Shown here one piece after another: positions 22,575-30,071 of a stretch of 32,000 nucleotides of DNA. Numbering within the stretch: position 1 is the stretch's first letter; every line of letters starts with the position of its first letter. The stretch lies in NCBI GenBank assembly GCA_964638435.1, contig CAZXAY010000003.1:8431-40430 (forward strand). The letters are read 5' to 3'. The position numbers were made by a program, and so were the translations under genes. Origin of the DNA: an uncultured Candidatus Saccharibacteria bacterium. GTDB lineage: Bacteria > Patescibacteriota > UBA1384 > JAMDBS01 > CAZXAY01. The notes under the pieces were generated by a model. The model made no database searches. It had not been told where the DNA came from and saw only the letters and a program-made list of their open reading frames with translations.

Positions 22575-22751
22575 ATTTATATTATACATCCTAATAAATA
22601 TACTTGCAACTTTTGGCACCTCGCCCCACTTGTCCCGCGTAGCTTTATGCGAAGTGGGAAGACGGGTTTATTTACCAAATTATTCAATTGAAAAAAAATC
22701 TTTTTTAAAGTTCAAAATTAAAGGTTAAATATTAAAATCAAAATTCAAAGT

Positions 22752-23816
22752 TCAATTGGTTTGTGGTAACATTACCACGGGACGGGAACCGCAGTCCCCG
22801 TACGAGAAGTCAGGGAAGTCTCCGTACAAGTCCGCCCGACGGTTGTCGCGACTCCAATAGTAGCGCAGCACTTTGCCAGCTAGGTATGATCCAGTTAACC
22901 AACAAGCTTTCCCTTTGCTTCGCCAGTCATCTATTTGCTGATTGGTTTCTTGTAATTGGGTAATAGCGTAAATGAGCCAACTTTCTAAGGTTAAACCTTG
23001 TTCGTGGGTATATTGTGGGTCTGTTTGGAGTTGGTTTAGATAATCTATTGGGGTTTGGTTGGCTTCTAATTGTTTTCTTTCATTAAGGGTTTTGCCTTGG
23101 TTTTGGGCAGGTAAATCAGGGTTGTCTTCGATAAATAGTATTTGCCAACCATTAGTGGATTTAAGCTTATCAAGTCTTAGTTGATGTTGGTGATTATTAG
23201 CTTTTCCTGATATTAATTCTGATTTAACAAAGCCTTGGTGATTATCTTTATCAAATTGCTCTGGATAGTAAATTAGTCTGCCATCAGTGTCAGCATTCTT
23301 AATATCATCCCAAACATAGACTGGGTCAAATTTAGTAGAATCATTATCATCTTTTTTGAGTTCTAAAGACGAGCCATCAGTAGCTAAGAGTTTACCTTCT
23401 TGATGTTTTTTAATGAGTAATTGCTTGTATCTATCGATTAAGGTTTCAAGGTGCGCGCCAATTGGAACTAGTAGCATTTTAGTAAAGCCTTGTTCTTGTT
23501 TAGTTTCTAATACTTTAAGTTGTTCTGGGGTAATTTTAGATAAGATTTCTTCATAGGTGGAAATAGGATATTCTTTGATTTTAGTACTGTCATGGGGGTC
23601 AACTCCAATAACACCAATATCTTGGCAGTCTAGGAGTATGTCAATAACTCCTGTTTCATTAAGAGTTTTAACTTGGGACTCCCATTGAACTTTAAGCTGG
23701 AGCTTTTCTGAAAGAGCTTCAAGACGTAGGAGGTGTTCAGATTCTCTTGTTTCGGTGTTAGTCTGAGATAAGTCTGGGTCAGTCGGTATTAAGTTGTAAG
23801 GCAATTGTTCTGGCAT
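22752..23816 (-). CDS. Candidate DGR variable protein, paralog B (354 aa)
   Basis: Same family as 20162..21283, with a GC-rich hypervariable C-terminus ...LRYYWSRDNRRADLYGDFPDFSYGDCGSRPVVMLPQTN. The W...RA...P...G(x)RPVV pattern resembles C-type-lectin/FGE-type DGR VR scaffolds. Confidence 0.75.
   Translation of the reverse strand: MPEQLPYNLIPTDPDLSQTNTETRESEHLLRLEALSEKLQLKVQWESQVKTLNETGVIDILLDCQDIGVIGVDPHDSTKIKEYPISTYEEILSKITPEQLKVLETKQEQGFTKMLLVPIGAHLETLIDRYKQLLIKKHQEGKLLATDGSSLELKKDDNDSTKFDPVYVWDDIKNADTDGRLIYYPEQFDKDNHQGFVKSELISGKANNHQHQLRLDKLKSTNGWQILFIEDNPDLPAQNQGKTLNERKQLEANQTPIDYLNQLQTDPQYTHEQGLTLESWLIYAITQLQETNQQIDDWRSKGKACWLTGSYLAGKVLRYYWSRDNRRADLYGDFPDFSYGDCGSRPVVMLPQTN
22777..22901 (-). 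other. Putative variable region (VR) of paralog B
   Basis: GC-rich, with 14/75 A on the coding strand in the core. Bounded 3' by the identical block ggtttgtggtaacattacc (22758-22776). Confidence 0.6.
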
Positions 23817-23820
23817 AATA

Positions 23821-25095
23821 TTATTTTAGATTTAATAACCACTTATAAGTTGGCAAAACTTTTATTGTTTTATTGTTAATATTAATTATTTTTTCTTTAT
23901 CAGTTGTTAATATTATACTACTTTTAAGATCTAGCTCATCCATTGCTTGAATTAATGCCTTTATTTCTCTTTCTCTCGTATCGGTTTTTTCGATACTTTC
24001 ACAAACCTGAATTAATTCTATTATATCCCTTCCTTTTCTAATAACAAAATCAACTTCTAAATTATTTTTTGTTTTATAGTAATAAATTGAGTCGCCTCGC
24101 CGCTTAAGCTCAATAAAAACCATATTTTCCAAAAATTTTCCACTATTTTTAGAAAAACTAAATGAAATGGCGTCAGCAAGCCCGTTATCAATTGAATATA
24201 TCTTTTTAGGCGCAATAAATTGTTGTGAAACTTTATAAGAAAAAATATTCACTGTAAAAAATAAGTAACTATTTTCAAAATAATCTGTATAGCTTTTTAC
24301 CGTATTAACACTACCCAATTTTAAAATTTCTTTTAATTTATTAAAGGAAGTTAAGTTTCCCAGGTTACTAAAATAATATAACGCTAATTCGCGAAGTGAT
24401 TTTACTTCCTGAACATCATAACGAGTTACAATGTCACGATACAAAATATCTTCGTAAATTCTTTTTAAAATATCTTTATTTTCAAACTTTAAATATTCTG
24501 GTAATCCACCAGATTTTAAATATTGGTTGAAATATGATTTTAATTTTGCTCTTTCTTTAGTATAAGATGTGGCATTACTTGGTACTATATATCCCTTAAA
24601 ATCAAGATATTCTCTAAAAGAAAACGGATATAGTTCATAAGGAATATATCGACCCGTTAATTTTGTGCCCAACTCACGACTCAACATTGAGGCATTGGAG
24701 CCTGTTAAGTAAAATTTGAAACCTTTATCCTGCATTCTTCTAACAAAATTTTCCCAACCAATAATATTTTGAATTTCATCAAAAAAGAAAACTGTTTTTT
24801 CTCCAAACAATTCTAACAATATTTCATATAACTTATTAAAATCTTCTTTTTGAAAATTAATTAATCGTTCATCCTCAAAATTAAAATAATAACACTTGTT
24901 CTTATAAAATTTATTCATTATCTGCATTAATAATGTTGATTTACCCACTCTTCTTAAGCCAGAAATAACGATACTATGTGGAATTTTCAATGATTCCTCT
25001 AATTTAAGCATTGTATCTCTTTCAATCCCCACATCTTTTTTTTCTAAATCTTTGGCTTGCTCCATGATTATTTCTTTAAGTAAATTTAAATCCAT
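23821..25095 (-). CDS. AAA-type ATPase with DUF4143-like C-terminus
   Basis: Walker A GLRRVGKST, Walker B FFFDEIQ, 424 aa. Architecture typical of the COG1373-type 'ATP-binding protein'. Confidence 0.8.
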   Translation of the reverse strand: MDLNLLKEIIMEQAKDLEKKDVGIERDTMLKLEESLKIPHSIVISGLRRVGKSTLLMQIMNKFYKNKCYYFNFEDERLINFQKEDFNKLYEILLELFGEKTVFFFDEIQNIIGWENFVRRMQDKGFKFYLTGSNASMLSRELGTKLTGRYIPYELYPFSFREYLDFKGYIVPSNATSYTKERAKLKSYFNQYLKSGGLPEYLKFENKDILKRIYEDILYRDIVTRYDVQEVKSLRELALYYFSNLGNLTSFNKLKEILKLGSVNTVKSYTDYFENSYLFFTVNIFSYKVSQQFIAPKKIYSIDNGLADAISFSFSKNSGKFLENMVFIELKRRGDSIYYYKTKNNLEVDFVIRKGRDIIELIQVCESIEKTDTREREIKALIQAMDELDLKSSIILTTDKEKIININNKTIKVLPTYKWLLNLK

Positions 25096-25140
25096 ATATT
25101 CCTCAATGTTTTCGCTACTAATGCAATTATATCATTAATT

Positions 25141-25161
25141 GTTTTCATTGTCAATGAAAAC
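25141..25161. promoter_or_regulatory. Perfect 21-bp palindrome gttttcattg-t-caatgaaaac between AbiEii pair 2 and the ATPase gene
   Basis: 10-bp arms around a single central base, 46 nt upstream of the ATPase start. Confidence 0.4.
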
Positions 25162-25202
25162 ATTCATAATGTTAATTTATGATTGTTCAAACATAATAAT
25201 CA

Positions 25203-25913
25203 TTATTTAATAACTGATTGATAATTTTTAAGCATAAAAACTGTTTCTAATTTTAATTTATTTTTAACCCAAATTTTTTCTTTTTCACCTAATAGCTCTC
25301 CAAGTCCTTGTAAAATTTGATTATTTTCTATCTTTTCTATCTCAACAATACAATCAGATAAATAGTTTTTAATGTTTTTCCCTGTTCTATTCTTGATTAT
25401 TTCAAGGTCGATATCCCAACTATTTTTGCTAAAATAATAGATATCATAAACATCACGCGTAACCACTCTACTTCGTTGAGTTAATGCCACTAGTTTACTA
25501 GCAAAAAGATAGTTTTTTTTAGCAATTAACATTGAAATACCAAGATATTCTTTTAATTCATAATGATCTCTAATATTTTTGATAAGTTTTCTAATATTAA
25601 TTTCAATCTTAATATTGTGATCACCATCACCATAGGAAAGAAGAAAAAAAATAGTATATCTTTCTATTCGCTGGTCTTTTACTTCGCCATATTTTTTTAA
25701 AATAGCTAATATCTTTTTAAATAATATCTCGACAATTAATTTATCAGCAGTTAGTAAATCAAAATCTAAATCCACTGAAAATCGTGGTAAATTATAGAAA
25801 AAATAGGCGCAGGTACCGCCCTTAAACCCTAAATACGATGAAATAGACATATCACTATAAATGTCCTTTAATATTTGACCCATAATTAATTGGTGATTTT
25901 CTTTATTTAACAT
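25203..25913 (-). CDS. AbiEii-family nucleotidyltransferase toxin (pair 2)
   Basis: GFKGGTCAYFFYNLPRFSVDLDFD signature. Overlaps the upstream antitoxin gene by 11 nt. Confidence 0.8.
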   Translation of the reverse strand: MLNKENHQLIMGQILKDIYSDMSISSYLGFKGGTCAYFFYNLPRFSVDLDFDLLTADKLIVEILFKKILAILKKYGEVKDQRIERYTIFFLLSYGDGDHNIKIEINIRKLIKNIRDHYELKEYLGISMLIAKKNYLFASKLVALTQRSRVVTRDVYDIYYFSKNSWDIDLEIIKNRTGKNIKNYLSDCIVEIEKIENNQILQGLGELLGEKEKIWVKNKLKLETVFMLKNYQSVIK

Positions 25914-26475
25914 AGTTTTGATGATATTTATTTAAACGTTTAATTAATTGTTGATTATCATAAATCTTAACTAATTCAAAACATTTTTGCCAATCAAGTG
26001 GTTGGAGATTGTCAAAATAGTATTCATCAAAAAGGTAAAGCGTATCCAAAAAAGCTCTTTCTGGTGATGCGATGCTATAGTTACCTTGATTAATTATTCC
26101 ATTTGAATTATATAATAAGTTATTTTTTAGTTTTCTAAAATTAATAGAATGCTTATCAACAATTATCGTTTTTGACCAAGGACCGACAACAAAAATTGTA
26201 TCATAATGTTGAAAGATAATGCCAGCCCCTCGCAAAACAGTTTCGAAACTAATATATGATGGGATATAAATACTTGTGGCTAATTCTTTGGAATCATAAT
26301 TTCTGTCTTTAGCAAATATGCCTCTAGTAAGTCTGATTAACAAACCTTTTTTTATGTAATAGTAAATTTTAGCTTTCAAATTTTTCGAATTAGTTTCTTG
26401 CCAAATTAAAGCTAGATCTTTATTAGTCAAGATTGTTTTGGGATTCTGATAGAGTTTAGCAATTAGATTATCCAT
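25903..26475 (-). CDS. AbiEi-family antitoxin/transcriptional regulator (pair 2)
   Basis: Paralog of 21967..22554 (NKDLALIWQ..., ...PERAFLDTLYL). Confidence 0.75.
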   Translation of the reverse strand: MDNLIAKLYQNPKTILTNKDLALIWQETNSKNLKAKIYYYIKKGLLIRLTRGIFAKDRNYDSKELATSIYIPSYISFETVLRGAGIIFQHYDTIFVVGPWSKTIIVDKHSINFRKLKNNLLYNSNGIINQGNYSIASPERAFLDTLYLFDEYYFDNLQPLDWQKCFELVKIYDNQQLIKRLNKYHQNYVK

Positions 26476-26491
26476 AGTAACTTTGTTGGAT

Positions 26492-26516
26492 GGAAGTAAT
26501 AATATTTGTTACTTCC
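26492..26516. promoter_or_regulatory. Inverted repeat ggaagtaa-taatatttg-ttacttcc upstream of AbiEi pair 2 (candidate operator)
   Basis: 8-bp arms, 17 nt upstream of the start codon. Core similar to 22557-22574. Confidence 0.55.
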
Positions 26517-26699
26517 ATTATATAAAATATCTTATTGATTGTCAAATTCACTTTAAAAAGATGATAACTCATAATTATTCAATTAGCATTTGTATACTCC
26601 AACATCGTATAATTTGCCAATATATTATACGATTACAACATATATCCAGTATACAATTTATCCTAGAAATGATCATTTTTGATTACTTTTAGATCATAT

Positions 26700-27689
26700 C
26701 TATTGTAATAAACTTATTATTATTTTTATCATTACATCTTTTTCTTTTGGATCACTAGTAGCAACCAAAAGTGCCAAAGAAACAAGTGTATTGTTATTTA
26801 TTTTCCTTTGTAAATCTAGGGTATATAAATAATTATTTTCTTTTAAAAAATAAACAAATAGTATAGAGGCGATTCGTTTATTGCCATCTGCAAAGGGGTG
26901 ATCTTTAATGGTTAAATACAACAAATTTGCTGCTTTTTCTTCTATATTATTATATAACTCTTTACTATCAAAAGTTTGATAAATAGAGCTAATTATCGCC
27001 TCGAATTTATGATCATATTCTTGACCAAATAAATCACCTGCTTGACCATCACTTTTTAACTCAGCTTTAATAGCAATAATGGTATTTTTACATTTTTCAT
27101 AGTCTAGCGCAAATTTTGCTTTTGTAGTTTTAGCAATTTTAATTTTACCCTGATCATATTCATCAAGTAATTTTAAAGATTTAGCAAATTCACCTAGTAA
27201 TGATAACAATTCTCGTGATTTATCTTGCAAAACATAGTTATCTGCCTTTTTTTCGATAAAAGTAATCGTTTCTTTGAGTAAAACTAATTTATCTTTATAC
27301 TCTAACATTTTTTTGTCATTAACAGCATAACCACTTAATAAATAATTTTTTAGAGTATTGGTTGCCCAAATTCTAAACTGGGTTGCTCTTTTTGAGTTAA
27401 CGCGATAACCAACAGATATAATAGCATCTAGATTATATAATCTAGTTTTATATTTTTGTCCAGTAACACCCACATGTTCCAAAATGGAACATGTGCTTTG
27501 CTCAGAAAGTTCATTCGACTTATAAACATTAGCTAAATGTTTAGTAATAGCAGGTCTCTGAATATCGAATAATTGAGCAATTTGATCTTGACCTAACCAA
27601 ACCGTTTCCTTATCAACTTTAACATCAATCTGTGCATTCCCAGATTCATCTTTATATATTATTATTTTGTTTGTTTCTTCTTTTTTCAT
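26700..27689 (-). CDS. RhuM-like N-terminal domain fused to a Fic/Doc domain
   Basis: N-terminus ...WLGQDQIAQLFDIQRPAITKHLANVY...YNLDAIISVGYRVNSKRATQFRIWAT (RhuM family). C-terminus HPFADGNKRIA matches the Doc-type HxFx(D/E)(A/G)NKR variant of the Fic motif. Confidence 0.8.
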   Translation of the reverse strand: MKKEETNKIIIYKDESGNAQIDVKVDKETVWLGQDQIAQLFDIQRPAITKHLANVYKSNELSEQSTCSILEHVGVTGQKYKTRLYNLDAIISVGYRVNSKRATQFRIWATNTLKNYLLSGYAVNDKKMLEYKDKLVLLKETITFIEKKADNYVLQDKSRELLSLLGEFAKSLKLLDEYDQGKIKIAKTTKAKFALDYEKCKNTIIAIKAELKSDGQAGDLFGQEYDHKFEAIISSIYQTFDSKELYNNIEEKAANLLYLTIKDHPFADGNKRIASILFVYFLKENNYLYTLDLQRKINNNTLVSLALLVATSDPKEKDVMIKIIISLLQ

Positions 27690-27857
27690 ATTTGTTCTTT
27701 TTGAGTTATCCGGAAATTCCTGATAATTGAACTGTTTACCAAGCTTTCAGTATATTCCATTTTGGAAACAACTGACTATTTAATCCACATTGTGCATTTT
27801 TTGCACATACTGAAATTTTATTATACTTAATACTTACTACATAATACTAAATACTTA

Positions 27858-28310
27858 TTATATCGCTCCCAAATTATGTAATCCTAACTTAAAATTATTT
27901 AAAGTTTTCCCTGCTTCGATACTAGTTAATTTATAACCCATTTCATGCGATATTTGATTACGAACTTTATGAGAATTCCAAACTTGCTGATATTTATTGT
28001 AGTCCATTTTCGATTCCAAACTTCTTAACCGATCAGCAAAGCTATCACCCTTTGCCCCAACCTGTTTCATCATACTATCAAAAAATTTATCAGCCTCGAT
28101 TATAGCTTGTTTGGCATGAATTTCGTCTCCACTTTCTAACATTTTTTCGATAATAAGCCAATTAGCTAAATTTTGAACTTTATTTATATTTTCGTTTTTA
28201 GTTTTTAGTTTTAAGATTTTCTTAATCGGCCAACATAATAAAAACCATAAACCTCTCAAGAGACTAAGTACTAATGTTTCTATTAAACTAGTTTGTTTTT
28301 TTCTCTTCAT
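27858..28310 (-). CDS. Membrane-anchored hypothetical protein (150 aa)
   Basis: N-terminal TM segment. Contains the repeat-encoded LKLKTKNENI stretch (28189-28215). No family recognised. Confidence 0.5.
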   Translation of the reverse strand: MKRKKQTSLIETLVLSLLRGLWFLLCWPIKKILKLKTKNENINKVQNLANWLIIEKMLESGDEIHAKQAIIEADKFFDSMMKQVGAKGDSFADRLRSLESKMDYNKYQQVWNSHKVRNQISHEMGYKLTSIEAGKTLNNFKLGLHNLGAI

Positions 28311-28332
28311 ATTTTTGTTCTTGTGTTACATG

Positions 28333-29949
28333 TTATATGTTACATGATTTCATATGCCAATCTGTTTCTTGTTGATATTGATGCGCAATAGAAAGAATAA
28401 TTTCTTCCCCAAATTGTGGCCCTAAAATTTGCATCCCAATTGGAAGATATGTGATTTGTGATTTGTGACCTGCCTCGCCGACGGACGGGTTTGTGATTTT
28501 TTTAGAATTTAGAACTTCGGATTTTGGATTTTCCACGTATCCACAAGGAATTGAAACTCCCGGGATTCCTGCGATATTGGCTGTAACAGTGTAAATATCC
28601 TCCAAATACATTTGCACTGGGTCTTTAACTTTATCTCCAAATTTAAATGGCATTGTTGGTGTTGTTGGAGTTAAAATCGCATCAACTTTTTCATATGCTT
28701 TTTTAAAATCTTCTATTACCAAAGTTCTAACTTTCATCGCTTTTTTGTAATATTTATCGTAATATCCCGCAGACAAAACATATGTTCCCATCATAATTCG
28801 TCGCTTAGCTTCAGCACCGAAACCCTGAGCTCGATTAAAATTATAATAATCAACCAAAGTTTTTAGTTTTTCATTTCCTGCCTCGAGCGTAGTCGAGAAG
28901 CTAGTTTTTAGTTTGTCTGCCGAAAACCCATATTTAATTCCGTCGTATCGAGCTAAGTTTGACGATACTTCAGCAGGTTGAATAATATAATAACATGCTA
29001 AACCATAATCCGTCATTGGTAAACTAATTTCTACAAATTTTGCTCCTAGTTTTTCTAATACTTTCTTTGCCTCATCAATTTTTCCAGCAATTCTTGAATC
29101 TAATCCTTTAGCAAAATATTCTTTTGGTAATCCAATCTTAAAAGTTTTTAAATTTAAACTGTGGTTTTTAGTTTTAAGCTTTAAATTTTTAGTTATATTT
29201 TCAGCTGAAAATATTTTATTCGGCACCGTTGTCGAATCCAGTGGATCATGTCCTCCAATAATTTCTTGTATTATTGCCACATCTTCAGCACTCCTTGCAA
29301 ATGGCCCAGGACAATCTAGACTAGAAGCCATAGCAATAATCCCAAATCTAGAATTTCGGCCATAAGTTGGTTTTAAACCAGTTATTCCGCAATATGCAGC
29401 TGGCTGACGGATTGAGCCACCAGTGTCCGTTCCAATAGAAGCAAAACCCATATTTACGGCGACGGCAACAGCCGATCCACCAGAAGAACCACCAGGCACC
29501 CTTTCTAAATCCCATGGATTTTTTGTTGGTCCAAAATCAGAATTCTCGGTTGATGATCCATGTGCCCAAGCATCTAAATTATTTTTGCCAATTATTACAG
29601 CGCCAGCATCTTTAAGTCTTTTAACTACAGTTGCATCATATGGCGGTATAAAATCTTCAAGCATTTTACTAGCTGCTGTAGTTTTTATACCATTTGTACA
29701 AAATAAATCTTTAATTGATATCGGCACACCATCTATTTGGCTTCTCTGCTCACCGCTCACCCTTCTCAAATCAGACTTCTGAGCCTGTTCAAGCGCCTCT
29801 TTTTCAGTCAAAGTTATAAATGCATGAACTTTTGGTTCAACTTCTTTAACACGCTCAAAAACCATCTTCGTTAATTCTACCGAAGAAATCTTTTTTTCAT
29901 CTAACATTTGGGAAATTTTTTTAATTGTTTTGTTTAAAATTACATTCAT
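28333..29949 (-). CDS. gatA: Asp/Glu-tRNA(Asn/Gln) amidotransferase subunit A
   Basis: Amidase signature GGSSGGSAVAVA..GTDTGGSIRQPA, KDLFCT..TTAASKML, C-terminal LPIGMQILG. Confidence 0.93.
   Translation of the reverse strand: MNVILNKTIKKISQMLDEKKISSVELTKMVFERVKEVEPKVHAFITLTEKEALEQAQKSDLRRVSGEQRSQIDGVPISIKDLFCTNGIKTTAASKMLEDFIPPYDATVVKRLKDAGAVIIGKNNLDAWAHGSSTENSDFGPTKNPWDLERVPGGSSGGSAVAVAVNMGFASIGTDTGGSIRQPAAYCGITGLKPTYGRNSRFGIIAMASSLDCPGPFARSAEDVAIIQEIIGGHDPLDSTTVPNKIFSAENITKNLKLKTKNHSLNLKTFKIGLPKEYFAKGLDSRIAGKIDEAKKVLEKLGAKFVEISLPMTDYGLACYYIIQPAEVSSNLARYDGIKYGFSADKLKTSFSTTLEAGNEKLKTLVDYYNFNRAQGFGAEAKRRIMMGTYVLSAGYYDKYYKKAMKVRTLVIEDFKKAYEKVDAILTPTTPTMPFKFGDKVKDPVQMYLEDIYTVTANIAGIPGVSIPCGYVENPKSEVLNSKKITNPSVGEAGHKSQITYLPIGMQILGPQFGEEIILSIAHQYQQETDWHMKSCNI
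28450..28533. repeat. In-frame repeat module inside gatA (encodes ENPKSEVLNSKKITNPSVGEAGHKSQIT)
   Basis: gtgatttgtgatttgtg + acctgcctcgccgacggacggg + tttgtgattttt + ttagaatttagaacttcggattttggattttc. The 12-mer acctgcctcgcc is the reverse complement of ggcgaggcaggt in MITE copy B (19793-19804). Confidence 0.8.
28858..28917. repeat. In-frame repeat module inside gatA (encodes KLKTSFSTTLEAGNEKLKT)
   Basis: agtttttagttttt + catttcctgcctcgagcgtagtcgagaagct + agtttttagttt. A GC core lies between direct copies of the AT word. Confidence 0.8.
29141..29195. repeat. In-frame AT-word stretch inside gatA (encodes KNLKLKTKNHSLNLKT)
   Basis: aaagtttttaaatttaaactgtggtttttagttttaagctttaaatttttagtt, the same ttttagtttt word family. 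Confidence 0.55.
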
Positions 29950-30071
29950 ATTATTTAAAAATTATTTATCCCACGAAACTTTCTTGACCAGCGTAGCATT
30001 AGCGAAAGTAGTGAAGTGGGAAAAAATTGAATTTTGAATTTGTTTTGTACCTAAAATACAAAAAAAATATA

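Noticed and set aside
26483-26692. Plus-strand 69-aa ORF in the spacer between RhuM-Doc and AbiEi pair 2
   Set aside because: It has no RBS and a Cys/Ile/His-rich, noise-like sequence. The region is more plausibly the promoter/operator of the AbiE operon.
27770-27810. Hairpin tgtgcattttttgcaca as terminator of the 150-aa gene
   Set aside because: The stem is only 5-6 bp. On the transcribed (minus) strand it is not followed by a T-run.
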